This document shows positions 25,526 to 38,730 of a DNA stretch of 64,000 bases, in pieces. The notes beneath the pieces were generated by a model, which made no database searches, was not told where the DNA came from, and saw only the letters and a program-made list of their open reading frames with translations. The number at the start of each line of letters is the position of its first letter. Positions within the stretch are counted from its first letter, which is position 1. The stretch spans positions 126,110,001 to 126,174,000 of the forward strand of contig CM059432.1 of the NCBI GenBank assembly GCA_030390025.1. Reading direction: 5' to 3'. Origin of the DNA: Squalus acanthias. Its lineage: Eukaryota. The translations under genes were made by a program, and so were the position numbers.

Positions 25526-28079
25526 GAATTTACCCAATATCACTTCGGGGAACATTTATTTGCCTGCTGAGATTGCTGTGTGGATGGATGTAGCCCTGAA
25601 GACTGGACAAGAGCGTGCAAGTTAATGGCCCGTTTACTAGAAGCAGTCCCGCCATATGCTGGGTTCCCCAATGTGCTGGATTCTGCTCCATTTACATTGT
25701 GGCTTGGTTTCAGAACATTGGCAGCAAGCCAACACAATTGCTCACACACATTGCTATTTAAAGGTCATCATTGCAAGTTTAATTATCTGTCAATTGATCT
25801 TCCATGCTGTAAGGGGAGGGCCCATATCGACCAACAACATGAAATCCCACCTTGAACCACAAAATTTGGCCTTTGTAGCTACTAGTGCCACCTGTATCAG
25901 TTATTTTTTTTATTACACCACTGCCTGAAGTTGAGACTGCCATTGGCAGAAGTGCTGTAATATAAACAAAGCAAAAAGAAATGAGCTGGAGTTAAGGTTT
26001 TGTGAATTGGGCATTTGTGTTTTAAAACTAAGTAAGTTGTCTACAGTTTACAAGGGTGAGGTAATCGAGCAATGTGCACACGTTATTACACCCATCACTC
26101 ACTTCTTTAGAGTAATGTTACCATGATCATAAGACAGTAGTTGGTGACACTCTTCATTTGCATAACATTAACTCTTGGAGTCACATTGTTTTCTCTGTAC
26201 CCTCTTTACATTTGTATGGGAAAAAAAAGTACACAGTTCAGACATGCCTGCTGTCTCCGAGCTGGAGATGTCAGCATAATTGTGCATAATGTGAAGTAAA
26301 GAATTGGACTTCAGTTTTTCGTTTTTTTTCCTTTGACTCATGCTATTGAAATGTAGAGGTCTGGTGTCATTTCACAGAGTGGGTGGGGAATTCAGCATAA
26401 TAGCAGGGCTGCTAGATCTGTCTTAACCATAGTCAGACTGGTGCAATCAAACATGAATGCAAGTCAGCAACTATCTTTACAATAAAAAGAAAAACAAATT
26501 GCAAACAGGGACTTGATGAAGGGAATACACCAAAAATGTTAACCTATCTTTTCTCTTTACAGATACTGTTGCATCTACTGTGTATTGCCAATATATTCTA
26601 TTTTCTTTACAATAATATTGTTGAATTATTATTGCAAAAAGGCAGCAGAATTCTTACCTCAAATTGGTCCATAATCTTAAAACAGAAAATTCCTGACCTG
26701 GGTGACTCCATATCTCTCCAGTAATGTACATACTTTGCCTGTAGCTGCTGTAGATGGAAGATTTAACATTGGTGACAGTGCAGTACAGAAAATAAGGTGG
26801 CACTGCTACCTCGTGAGGCTATATGGTAAAACCATGTCTTTAAGTGGTCCTGTGATTTAAACATATCATGAGAGACTTGGGTTACAAATCTTAAGGCTGG
26901 TATTTGAACTCTTCAACTGGATAATGTATGTTGCCTTCCCTTTCCTCTGCTCTTTCACTATTTTGTAAATTAAGCACGAAGAGAGGACTCATGAGTACCA
27001 ATATCAAGGTGCGTTCCCATTGGGATTAGTCTGGTGTTATTGCCACTGGCATGAGTTTCGCACAGCCAACGGCAGACTGAAGTGTATGGGCTGATGAGCC
27101 TTCCTCTCTGTGAGGAAAAAACCCCAGTCCTCACTCCATTTCTTCATGGTGCCAGTCATGGGGAAGGATGCAAACCCTAGTAACCGTTGCACTCTGACTG
27201 TCGGTCCTGAAATTAGTTAGGGATTTAATTGGGGCAGCTGGAGGTGGGAAGTCACCTGATGAAACTTCCCCAGAATACGTCCAACCAGAGTTGACAACCC
27301 TAACGTTGGGCGAGCACCAGAAAATGATTAGCATCTGCAGAACAATACCCCAATGCCCAGCAAGGAGGCAGTGCCTTTGAAGAGGGGAGAAAATTGGCAA
27401 GAAAGTAAAGTTTCTTTTAGATAAAAGACTCTTCCAGTCTAATGGGAATTGATCATGAACAGAAGGAAATATGAAAAGACAAAACAACACTTGGCTCATT
27501 GACCCGAATCCTTCCAACACATGTTATACAGTTTGTACTATCAGAGGCTCTGCTGAAGGAGATGAGGAAGCACAGGTATGCTTCTAAGAGGATGAAATTC
27601 TATGAAGTCTCCCTAACCCCTAGGGCAGAGATGTCCAAACTACAGTACATGGTCCATACGGGGTCTGTGAGCCCTGGCTATCCAGCCTGTGGAGACCCAG
27701 TAAATCACCTTCCTCTTCCTGTGATGGGCACATCTAATATATTTCTCCCGCATTTTATGTTGTAATTTCAGATCTGCAGGTTTTTCTCTCTCTCTCTCTT
27801 TCTTATTTTCTCACAATTGGTTCGTGTGAGCCTCGCTTGTGTCTTTTCATCCCCCCCACCTCTATTTGCACATTCTTTTGTCCTTTTTATGTCTCTGCCA
27901 ATGTTTTCAGTGATTTTTTTTTATACATCATCTAACAGCCTTCTATTAAGCATTTTGCATGGGTCATTTAACCCAACTAATTCCTTCTCTGTTATTGGTG
28001 CATCTATTGATCCCTCACTCTCTCCTCCTGCCTTTTCTCTCATTTATTTCACAACCATATCAAAATGCGTGTTTATCTT

Positions 28080-28210
28080 TAAACCTTCTGATGAAGGGCG
28101 CACACACTAAATAAAAAATGTCATACCCTGTCTCCGCTGACTGACCAGCTGTGCATCTCTAGCACTGTCTCCTTTTCAGATTTCCAGTATTTGTAGATCT
28201 GTCTCTTTCT
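28080..28210 (+). mobile_element. Degraded Penelope family-1-like terminal repeat
   Basis: TTCTGATGAAGGG...CTGACCAGCTG...TTTCAGATTTCCAG; similar remnants at ~26510-26610 and ~53405-53470. Confidence 0.55.
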
Positions 28211-28739
28211 TTTCACTCGTCCTCCTGCTGCTTCCTCATGTACATTAGCAGCAAATTCAACCAGTAACATCAAATTTAAACAGTTACTTTGAAATTCAGC
28301 TTGGGGAAGGGGGGGTTGTGCTTTTGTGTTTTTAATTGTGACTTAGCATGGGCGGGAGGTGCTCCTATGCGTATTCTTTGAATTCAGTGTTTTGTATTGT
28401 GAGTCTCCGCAGTGAGCGTTAGCAGGTTATTGAACCATGGCTAAATATTTACACATGATTTAAAGTAAACAAACTGAGCAATATAACAGTGTGACTAAGC
28501 TGCCCACAATCAGATCATGCTTGAGAAAGATATAAAAAAAACCAGGAGATCAAATGGTTCTTTGTGATGAGGCCTATTTTAAGACTTTATTCTGTCCTGC
28601 TATACCTGGTGGGCACAGAATGACAGACTGAATTGCTAGCTCTTATCTTTAAACTGTATTTTGAGTAGATCTATCCAAATACAATTCTGCTATATTTTTC
28701 CAATTACGAGATTCATTTGGATACTGATTCAAAACACAT

Positions 28740-29100
28740 ACCAACGACAACCTGAATTTCTGACACCTTTAATGTAAAGAAACATTCCAAGGGCTGGAAA
28801 TCCGAAAATAAGGCCTGCAGCAGCTGACGGCTCTGCCAACGGTGGGGTGGCGGGAGGGGGGGAATACGCAGACTGCTGGAGTCAGAGGAACGCAGCCACC
28901 GGGAATGGGATGTGGGGCTGAAGGAGATTGCAAAGACTGGGTGGGATGAGGCCAGGAAGAGAATTATAGGCAAGGAGAAAGATTTTGAATTGAATGCATT
29001 GGCGGACGGGGAGTTGACGTATGCCAACGAGAACTGGGGTGATGGGCGAGTGGGACTTAGTCTGAGACCATTCACATGTAACTGAGGTTTGGACTAGTTG
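28740..29100 (-). mobile_element. Degraded L2 LINE 3' fragment
   Basis: SQTKSHSPITPVL and LPVRQCIQFKIFLLAYNSLPGLIPPSLCNLLQP parallel the L2 C-terminus at 3360-3520. Confidence 0.75.
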
Positions 29101-29523
29101 AAACTCCGAGTGTAGGGATCCCTGCCCCAGCTCCACCTCCCTGATGACATTTGCCTTGTGAGGGGTGGACAGAGGTTCAATCTCTTACAAGACAGGCTGT
29201 AAAATTCCAGAAACAGAAAAGACCCAGCGCAACCTGTTTTCCAGAAGGTTTCAGCAGAGTTACGGGAAAAAAACAGCGAAACCCCTGAAAATATTTAAGG
29301 CCTAGTTATTTAAATAAGCTAAAACCATCTAATTTAGCATCAACAAAGTAGATTGCTCACCCATAAGGTGGAGAACCTTTTCAAAGAGACGACAAAATAC
29401 TTAAAATATCCCTCATTGCAACATCAGACGACACCCACTATTACACTTCACTGGAATCCTGTGACAAAGCAGTGGCCCTTGTGTAAGTCACTGCTTCAGG
29501 TGTGTGGTTAGCTAACTAGAAAA

Positions 29524-30140
29524 GGGTTGATTTTAGCCCTACCCACCCAGCGAGAACCCACACAGGTCGGGCAGTTTAAACAAGCAGTTACTTATCTGCT
29601 CAGATCTCGACATTTACCGATATTAATCTGTAGGGTTTTGCAGGCAGCTGAGGCTGGCAGGCAGGAGCCTCATAAATTTACGCAAATTGGGTTCCTATTA
29701 CGTCAATGGGACCATTATGTAGTTTTAAACGGGGCCTGAGCGGGAAAGCTGACGCTGTTTTCTCTTTAGGCAGAAGCTGGTCTGCAGACAGAAACGGCTT
29801 TTCTAGCAAGCTGAAAACTTTCCTTTGTGGGGGCCAGAGGGAACAGGAGTGCTTCTCCGGCTCCCACAGGAAAGGTCACAGCCTCCTCTGCCTCAGATTC
29901 CCCCCCTTTTCTCCCGCAAAACCCTCCCCAAATCCCCTCCACACCATTACCTGGAAGCCGACAGGCGGCTAAGGGCTGCCTGATCTTTACCTGTCGGCAG
30001 CCACTCTTCACGCTCATTCCGGGCAGGAAGTGGACCGGCAGCATTTAAATGAGGCGCGGCGGTTAAAATCGCTGCGGCCTCCTGCTGCCTCTGCCAGGCG
30101 GGAAATCAACTTGCCGGAAACCCGCTTCGGCCCCAAAGTT
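29524..30140. mobile_element. GC-rich Harbinger-type non-autonomous element remnant
   Basis: Starts GGGTTGATTTTAGCC like the other TIR elements; internal motifs (ATTTAAATGAGGC, GGAGCAGGAGTGCT-like) shared with 21650-22558 and ~37410-37790; right end uncertain. Confidence 0.45.
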
Positions 30141-30929
30141 TGTGGCTAGTCCCACACATATTTCTGGGCTTCGTTCTTGATTTTGAATACATTTTCCTAT
30201 CATTTGAGGCATAATATGCAAAATTGCTCTGCTTTCATAAACACATGTGCCTGTATGTTTTACTGTAATTATATTAGCTTTTATGCTGGCTGTGAAAATG
30301 TCACAGAGTTGTCATTTAGTCTGACTTTTAAACAGAAGACTCACCCTTCCCTGAGGTAGTTTAATTCCCAAATCAGATTCTGTGTCCTTTTCTCTGTAAA
30401 TAGGCAAATTAAAGAAACTATTACATCACCACTCCTGCATGTACCGGAGATGAGTAAGCCACATAAAAGCAAACCCACTGAATGGGGTCTCTCCTAATTA
30501 ATAGAATTTTTCTTGTGCAATTGGTGGACACAACTGTAATGAGAACGAGAGTTGGTCTAATTTAACCCTGGTGGTTGTGTGGAGAAGACTAGGAGAAGCG
30601 AGGTACCAAATGGACAAGTCCCAGATTTCACGTAACCGAACGCATATTCCAGTAACTTGGTTCAGCAAATGATTAATTCCGCATTTGCATTTCTGTATAT
30701 CAGAGATGAGCCAAATGTGCTCGCTGGAAAGAGTTTCACTGGGAGAAGTCTTCACAGACAGTACAGTGAACTTAGCAGTAAATGACAGAATTGTGTCTGT
30801 GTTTTATTTGCTATTTGTTCTTGGGATGTTGGCAATACTAACAAGACTGCTTTTTTTGACCATCTCTGGTTTCCCGGAGGTGGTGATGATGGGCCTTCTC
30901 CTAAGACCACTGCAGTCCTCATGGTGATA

Positions 30930-32500
30930 GATGATATTTATCCCAGAGTGCTGAGAGAGGCTAGGGAGGAGATCTTTGAGCCATTGATAATCATTATGAG
31001 AGAATCAATGGAAACTGGGGAGGTACCAGTTAACTGGAAACAGGCTAATGTGGTGCCCATATTCAAAAAGGGCGACAAAAAAAGACACACACACAGGCAA
31101 CTAAAGATCCATTATGCTGACTTCCATTCTAAGTAATAATGGAATTGATTATCAGGAGTAAATTTGAGGATCATCTGTACAACAATAACCTATTTAATAG
31201 CAGTCAGTATGGATTCAGAAGGCATAGATCCTGAAACTTCTCAACTGCCTTGAAGAAGTGGCAACCCAAGTGGACTGTGGGAAGCCCTATGATGTGGTTT
31301 ACCTCGACTTCCAAAAGGCTCTTGATAACTAAAGGCGATTAAATAAATTCAAAGCTGTGGGGATTCAGGATGATCCTTGGGAATGAATAAGAAACTGGCT
31401 GAAAGGCAGGAAACAATGAGTACTAGTTAGAGGAGTTATGTCGGAGTGCGGGAAGTACTGAGTGGGCTCAGTGTTGGGACCACTTCTGTTTCAAATGAAC
31501 ATAAATGAACTGGATTGAGAAACTCCGTGCAAAGTGGTCAGATATGCAGACGATACCAAACTAGGCGGGCAGTGGATTCAGAAGAGGCAGCTCAGAAATT
31601 ACGGAATCTGTTGGACAAAATTTGTAAGTGGGCAGAACATTGGCAGGTGAAATTTAAAGCAGAAAAGCATAAAGTGCCCCACATAGGAAGGAAAATTAGA
31701 CGGCACACGTACTCCATGAATGGTGTTGAAAGAGCTAAGAAAGAAAAGAAAGACTTGCATTTATATAGCGCCTTTCACGAACTCAGGACATCCCAAAGCA
31801 CTTGACAGCCAATGAAGTACTTTTGAAGTGTAGTAGCTGTTGTAGGAAGAAGCTTAAAAAGAGATCTAGGAGTATTATTAGATTCAATGCTAAACATGCC
31901 CAAACAATGTACAGCAGCAATCTACAAAGCCAATAGGATGTTAGATTACATAGCTAAAATAGTAGAATATATGTAAGAGGGGATAATGATCAAACTTTAT
32001 AGTGCTCCATCAGACTGCATCTTGAATATTGCATCTAGTCTGGTTGTCAAGAAATAAGAGAGACATTGAAGTGCTGGAGGCACAGGTGAGAAAAAGAGAT
32101 GCCAGGCTGCTCCACAGTATCAAGGGCCTGGGCCACAAGGAAAGACTGGAGAAAATTGGGCTCGAGAGGTGATCTTCTAAAGCCGTATAAGATTGTTAAG
32201 GGTATAGAAAAAAAGTTAACCTGAAATATTCATCCAAATTAAAATGCAGAAGTAGAACTCGGTGGCATGTGCTCAAAGTAGTTAAATACAATTTTAGGAC
32301 TGACATCAAGAAATTCTTCATTATACAAAGTGTGATCAACTGTGGAAAAATAATGCAGATTGGAGTAGTGGACGCAAAAACCCTGGGATCAATTAAAAAA
32401 TTGAATGCTACAATGAGGATTGGGGGGGGGGGGGGCGGCAGGGTGGGGGCGTTAGGATTTCTCTGGATGGGTGAACAAAAAAATGGCCTTCCTCATCCAT
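30930..32500 (+). mobile_element. Old CR1 LINE RT region with a DeuSINE tail inserted at ~31737-31845 (-)
   Basis: IYPRVLRE...VPVNWKQANVVPIFKKG; YLDFQKA-type DNA; ATATGCAGACGATACCAAA (YADDTK); many stops. Confidence 0.85.
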
Positions 32501-32775
32501 AATTGTCTTGTGATGGTGCACCCACAATGGGGTTACGTAGGGATTTCCAGGATTTTAACCCACCATGGACGAAGGTGTGCCAGTATAGTTCCAAGTCCAG
32601 ATGGTAATGTCCGTTTTAAATTTGCTAATTTACTGACTCTAATATCTGTTTAAGTTTGCATTTTCACTAATTCTCTTAACCTGATGTACTGTGATGTTAT
32701 ATCCCAGGTTTACCCTATCTATTCCCTGAAATATTTGATACACTCTGATTAGGTTCCCCTTCAACACTCTTTTTC

Positions 32776-32909
32776 TTCACTTCACCTGACGAAGGAGCAG
32801 CGCTCCGAAAGCTTGTGATTTCAAATAAAGCTGTTGGACTATAACCTGGTGTTGTGCGACTTCTCACTTTTGTCCACCCCAGTCCAACACCGGCATCTCC
32901 GCATCATGG
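32776..32909 (+). mobile_element. Short Penelope-like hammerhead-bearing insert (family 2) within a minus-strand CR1 remnant
   Basis: 12-bp TSD ACACTCTTTTTC (32764-32775, 32910-32921); shares sequence with 1394-1498. Confidence 0.8.
32782..32818 (+). ncRNA. Minimal type I hammerhead ribozyme motif
   Basis: TCAC-CTGACGA-A-GGAGC-AGC-GCTCC-GAAA-G-CTT-GTGA: perfect stems I and II, palindromic stem III (AAGCTT), CUU triplet. Confidence 0.8.
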
Positions 32910-33096
32910 ACACTCTTTTTCGAGACTGCAGAGCTTGTTTACCTAATATTTCCTCACAGCTCATCCATTTTACCCTTGAGATCATTCTTGTTTATCTTCT
33001 CTGCACCCTCTCCGGTGATCAGAGTTGCACACAGTACTCTAGATATGATCTGACCAGTGCATTAGCTTTAGCATAACCTCTGCAGACAATTCACAA

Positions 33097-33208
33097 TCCT
33101 GTGCTCCCAGCGGGAAGCTGTATGCATTGGGAACACGGGTGGGAGATAGGACTGCTGATTCTCCAGTTCACATTTCCTTTGAGTTCAGCTTCCCGCTGGG
33201 AACATGGA
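33097..33208. repeat. Inverted repeat, possible small MITE remnant
   Basis: Perfect 16-bp arms TCCCAGCGGGAAGCTG (33105-33120) and CAGCTTCCCGCTGGGA (33186-33201), extending imperfectly. Confidence 0.7.
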
Positions 33209-33929
33209 GCCATGGGTTTCTACTGCATCCCAATATTCTAACTGTTTTTAATTGTTTCACCTCATTGCTTAGACACTGAAAGTGATGATTCTACCATCCA
33301 AATGTGTGCTGGATTTGTCCTTGTAAAGTGTATGTTTTCTGTAGAAAGCAAACAGAACTCGCCTAGAAAGATAAAATCCATTTTGAAAGGGCATTGTATG
33401 CAGTGACATACTGTCCAACTGATTGATTGAGAAACTGATTACACACGGTGTAATAGAGCTGCATGTATTTGGTCTCATAATTACTTTATTGTAAATTGTG
33501 TTATACAATGCCCGGGTTTATGACAGGACAATTATAATAGGAATGTTACCAACAAAAGAAAAGGCAAAGATTGCTGGGCAGATGAATGTGTTTTGTAAGA
33601 CACTACTTTGAGTGATATTTTCATGATCACATTCCAAATCTCGCTTGCATTACCACCTTGCCCATCAACTTGCCTGGGTTTTAACAACAGTTTCTCATTG
33701 TCATCTTTGAACGTGCCCATCACATGACATTCAGAAACAGCTCTGTAGAAAACACTACAAGATCACGCCATAGAGATGGAGGAGGAAGGCCTTTCAACGC
33801 ATCCTAGCTCATCCATCCAGATATAGCCTGCAATCCCTCCCATCATAGAATCCATCGATTCTTTCAATTATTCCAGGGTTTGACTTTATTACCCACCCAC
33901 AAGCCCATTCCGCACTTTCATCATTCCTT

Positions 33930-34076
33930 GGGGGTAATTTTGACTTTGAGTGATAGTATGAAACAGGCAATATCGAGCCAGCCGCTCATTCTACATGAAT
34001 ACATGAAAGATGTATAAAACCCAGCTGAATCACCATCGCCCATTTTATACTATCACCCAAAGTCCAAATTACCCCC
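33930..34076. mobile_element. 147-bp MITE
   Basis: ~42-bp imperfect TIRs: GGGGGTAATTTTGACTTTGAGTGATAGTATGAAAC versus reverse of TTTTATACTATCACCCAAAGTCCAAATTACCCCC. Confidence 0.8.
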
Positions 34077-34139
34077 TTTGTGTGAATAACTCACACTGAT
34101 TGAATGTTGGCATGTATGCAACAAATGGCTGTCATTTAA

Positions 34140-35389
34140 TCTCATCAGCAGAACCGGAGGCAGCAGGGGCTACCCATAGGGGGACAGACGCGCCTGCATG
34201 TTTTAACCCCCCATGGAGAAAACGGTGCTGGCCATTATTGGAACGGCCATTGCTGAGGCCGTGGCCGGTGGCGGGGCTGAAACCATCGAAGATGATGGTA
34301 TCCTCATATCTAATCCTGCTTCTCAAATCCCACTTCCTCCTCATCCCACAATTTCTTCTGATTTACAAGCTGCAGATGGTGTAAGCATGTACCTCTTACT
34401 TTCCCCCCCTCCCCTCACCACAACCTATCCACGTGCCTTTATCCTTTCAGATACCCAAGAAGTGCAACCTGGCCAGGCAGTGGAGGAACAGCAAGACAAC
34501 AGTGATGATGAAGATACACCGTCACTTGATTTTAACACTCGCAGCCACCAGCTCAGATACTGACACGGCGCGTAATTTAGAGGATAGCATAGAAGAGGGA
34601 TCTGCACATGGTGTGACACTGGGCACGAGTGGCCTGCAGCCAGGGCAGGGGGCAAGGATAGCGCAGGTGCCAGCTCGCCAGAGGGTGAGGTCGTGCATGG
34701 GTTCCGCTACCGACGACTCAGATAAGCACTTCAATGGGACAACCTACAGAAGAAGGCTGATGGGTATGCACAACAAAATGCTTGGTGCATTGCCAGGCCT
34801 GCCAGAAAGCCTGTGTTCAAGGAGCATGGAGGTGCCCAGCACCAACTTGGCACAGGACTTTGTGCAGAGCTTGGAGCTCATCCTTTCCAGCGTGGAACGG
34901 GTGGCCAACTCCATTCGCACACTTGTGGACCCAACCATGATGCAGCGTTTGATGGCCGATGTTGCAACTTCCATTGCAGCACAAGCAGCAGCCACCGAAT
35001 GTCTGAGTGATGCAATGGAAGCTCAGCTTGCAGCCCTGCAAGCTCAGACTGCTGCCATCATGGCTGTGGATTACAGTGTGCAAAGGGGCTTGCAGAGTGT
35101 CACAGTAGACCAGCAGTCTGTCATCCAACAGATTACTGGGATTCTTGAGGTGCCGCCCCGGGAGAGTGGCAGTGGCTCCATGGAGCACAAACCTGCTGTC
35201 CTCTCTCAGGATGACAGCATTCGTCCTCCCACCACTGCCACTCCACCACTGCTGTTGCTGTTGCCTGTCAGCCAGCCAGCCCGGACTGCTGCCGCCCATG
35301 CCGAGATGGTGGAGTCCGCAGCTGGGCCTTCTAGGCCCAGAGCTGCTCGAGGTCATCTTGCAAGGCCATCTGCAGTTGCCACCCCCTGA
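34140..35389 (+). pseudogene. Harbinger accessory (Myb/SANT-type partner) gene, C-terminal part
   Basis: LHVLTPMEKTVLAIIG segment, acidic stretch, then a 318-aa open Ala/Gln-rich frame; convergent with the transposase; candidate intron 34298-34450; the Myb domain itself is not seen. Confidence 0.65.
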
Positions 35390-35679
35390 AAGTTAGCAAC
35401 CTTCCACCAACCATGCTGCAGCCACTGGGAGAGCACTTTGTAGGAGCACTAGGACAGGCAAAGATACACTGAAAACAGGCACTAAGGGAATGCACAAGGG
35501 TGATTAGTTGAGTTTTGTATGCACTATGGCATGATTTCATTTATAAATTTGCTTTGGAATGTTTATTTTGTGGTAGTATTTATTTTTGCATTATGGCCAA
35601 GCAGACACTGTGATGGTCAGTGACAGAGGGAAGGTAAGGTGTGGGACTGTTGAGGAATGGGGAATTGGGGTTGCAGCTA

Positions 35680-36640
35680 CTAGTATCGCACTCGAATAAG
35701 TTCTTCATGGACAGCCTGGGCCGAAAGGGGCTGTCTAGGGTGCCTCCTCCCTTCCTCGTCTTCCTCCTTATGATGCTCCTGCTCCTCAGCTGCTTGCCGT
35801 GTTGTTGGTGGCAAGGGCATTCTCCTCATGGTGCGGTTGTGCAGCATGCAGCAGACCACCATGAATCTTGACACCCACTCTGCAGAGTACTGCAGGGCTC
35901 CTCCAGAGCGGTCTAGGCAGCGGAACCGCTGTTTCAGCACGCCAATGGTCTGTGGTCTGCTTTATCACATTTTGTGTGGCAGCATGGTTTTCATTGTATG
36001 TATGCTGTGCATGTGTGCGTGGGTTGCAAACTGGAGTCATGAGCCATGACGTCAGCGGATAGCCCTCGTCACCCAATAGCCGCTCTTTGGTTTGCCGTGG
36101 TGGCTGAGATGCAGAATGAATGCATCATGACTGTTGCCAGGATACCGGGCATTGACCTGCATGATGCGCTGCCTATGGTCGCACGTCAGCTGGACGTTAA
36201 GTGAGTGGAATCCCTTTCGGTTCCGATATATGGCAGAGTTGACATGCGACGCCCGCAAAGTAATGTGCGTGCAGTCAATGGCACCCTGCAATCCTAGCGA
36301 AGCCTGCAATCCTAGCGAAGCCGTCTCTGGCAAGAGAGAATGAAATGTAGTTAGCCCTCTTTGAATACAGAGCCTCAGTGACCTCCCTTATGCAACAGTG
36401 GATGGCAAACTGCGAGATGTTGCAAATATCTCCAGCTCCAGCCTGGAAGGAGCCAGGCGCATAAAATATCACAGCCACGGTCACCTTGACAGCCACTGGC
36501 AATGCGGTCCTCGCTATGCTCTGAGGTTGGAGTTGTGGCAGCAGCAGGGGGCAGATTTCAGTGAGGACGTCCTTACTGAAGCGCAGGCGTCTCACATAAT
36601 CTTCAGGTAGGAGAATTTCTCCCTGAACACCCTGGGCGCT
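35680..36640 (-). pseudogene. PIF/Harbinger DDE transposase (HARBI1-like), frameshifted
   Basis: ALPVAVKVTVA, QGAIDCTHI, YRNRKGFHSLNVQLTCDH, YPGNSHDAFIL, GDEGYPL..WLMTP, LKQRFRCLDRSGGALQY, CCMLHN. Confidence 0.92.
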
Positions 36641-36644
36641 TGCT

Positions 36645-37410
36645 TCCCTTGTCCTAGGCAGAAGAGGTCGCGGGTTTGGGAGGTGCTGTCGAAGAAGCCT
36701 TGGCGAGTTGCTGCAATGCATCTTGTAGATGGTACACATTGCAACCACGGTGCGCTGGTGGTGGAGGGAAGTGAATGTTTAAGGTGGTGGATGGGGTGCC
36801 AATCAAGCGGGCTGTTTTGTCCTGGATGGTGTTGAGCTTCTTGAGTGTTGTTGAAGCTGCACTCATCCAGGCAAGTGGAGAGTATTCCATCACCTCTGAC
36901 CTGCTCTTGTAGCCACAGTATTTATGCGGCTGGTCCAGTTAAGTTTCTGGTCAATGGTGACCCCCCAGGATGTTGATGATGGGGGATTCAGCGATGGTAA
37001 TGACGTTGAATGTCAAGGGGAGGTGGTTAGACTCTCGCCTGTTGGAGATAGTCATTGTCTGGCACTTGTGTGGTGCGAATGTTACTTGCCACTTATCAGC
37101 CCAAGCCTGACTGTGGTCCAACTTCATTATCTGAAGTGTATGAATGGAACTGAACGCTGTGCAGTCATCTGCGAACATCCCCACTTCTGACCTTACGATG
37201 GAGGGTAGGTCATTGATGAAGCAGCTGAAGATGGTTGGACCTAGGACACTGCCCTGAGGAACTCCTGCAGCGATGTCCAGGAGCTGTGATGATTGACCTC
37301 CAACAACTACAACCATCTTCCTTTGTGCTAGGTATGACTCCAGCCAGTGGAGAGTTTTCCCCCTGATTCCCATTGACTTCTATTTTACCAGGGCTCCTTG
37401 ATGCCACACT
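36645..37410 (-). mobile_element. CR1-clade LINE family B fragment, internally deleted and lacking its 3' tail
   Basis: GIRGKTLHWLESYL, GVPQGSVLGP, MFADDCT; closely similar to 12570-13425. Confidence 0.9.
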
Positions 37411-37799
37411 ACAATTTTAACTGGTGGCTTGAGCAGGGAAGCGGATGTAGTTGTCCCACCAGGTGAAGACAGCGGGAAGAGGAGCCAGGCCTAGAAGATA
37501 CTCAAACAGGTACCTTTTGTTTTACATCTTGTGGAACCAGGAGGGGCAGGAGTGCTCATCTTGGCCTTATAAGGAAAGCTTAGCCCTCCCCTGCCACAGA
37601 TCTCCCCCTCTTCCCGAACACGAGACCCATACAAGACAGCCCCCAAAGCTGATCCCACCGAATTGTATTGGCAGGTGGCCGTTGGGCCATGCGATTTCCC
37701 ACCACTTCCCAGAGTTTAAATAGCTCAGGCCTCATTTCTGGATCCGTGGGCGAGTTTCCAACTCACATCGTTACCCACTTGCCCAAACCTGGCTGGTGC

Positions 37800-38730
37800 C
37801 TGTGTTGGGACCACTAATGTTTCTAATTAATCTCAATGACTTGGATTCAGAATCTCAAATGTAAAATAGTAACATTTTCAGATGGTACCAAACTCAAAGG
37901 GGCTGTGGAACTGACGGAGGCTGCACGGATATTACAGAATGAGTTAAACAAAATAGGTGAGTGCGTCAAACAATGACATTAAATTTAATGCAGGCTGCAA
38001 ATTTAATGTAAATACTGCACCTAAGAAGGAAAAATTGGCAAAATATTTATTTCAGGAATGGTGTTGAAATAACTAAGGATGAAGTTAAGGAGTCGTGGGA
38101 GTTTTAGTGAAGTCGGTGTTGAACATGTCCCAACCAATGCTGAGTAACAGTCCACACAGCGAATAGAACGTTGAACTGAAGTAGAAAACAAATCAAAGGA
38201 CGCTGTGATTAATCTGTACAGTGCTCTGATCAGACTGTACCTCAAGTGCTGTGTCCAGTCCTGACTGCCGAGCAACAAAGGAGCCATTCAAGTCCTGGAG
38301 TCAGAGCAGAGAAGAGCCATGAAGCTGATCCTTCATGTCAGGGGTCTGAATTATGAGGGAAGACTGGAAGGAGTAGGACGTTTCAGCTTAGAAAGGAGAC
38401 ATCTGACACTGGATCTTATAGATATATATAAAATATATAAAATAAGTATGAACATGATTAATCTGGGATATTATAAATTAAACTGTAGGAGCAGGACCAG
38501 GGCACAGGTTCAAACTAGTAAAAGGCAATTTTAAGACTTGATATCAGGAAGTTTTTTCTTCACACAGAGAGCGATCAAGGCTCGGAATGCACTTATGGGC
38601 AGTGTGGTGGAGGCGAAACTCTGAATTCATTTAATAATCAGTTTCATGCAGCAACGTGGGACTGTAAGGTCTTTCTGGACGGATGAATTAAGATGGACCA
38701 ATTGGTCTTCCTCATCCGTATGTATCTTGT
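37800..38730 (+). mobile_element. Old CR1 LINE 3' part
   Basis: GTGTTGGGACCAC...AATGACTTGGATT; RGLNYEGRLE...FSLERR; tail related to those at ~32470 and ~60200. Confidence 0.8.

Noticed and set aside
27256..27280. CTGATGAAAC as another hammerhead
   Set aside because: No stem II, no matching stem I and no Penelope tail.
36275..36748. 157-aa ORF fusing a CR1 C-terminus to a Harbinger transposase
   Set aside because: Chance in-frame junction of two decayed elements; both partners are frameshifted and no promoter or selection evidence is visible.
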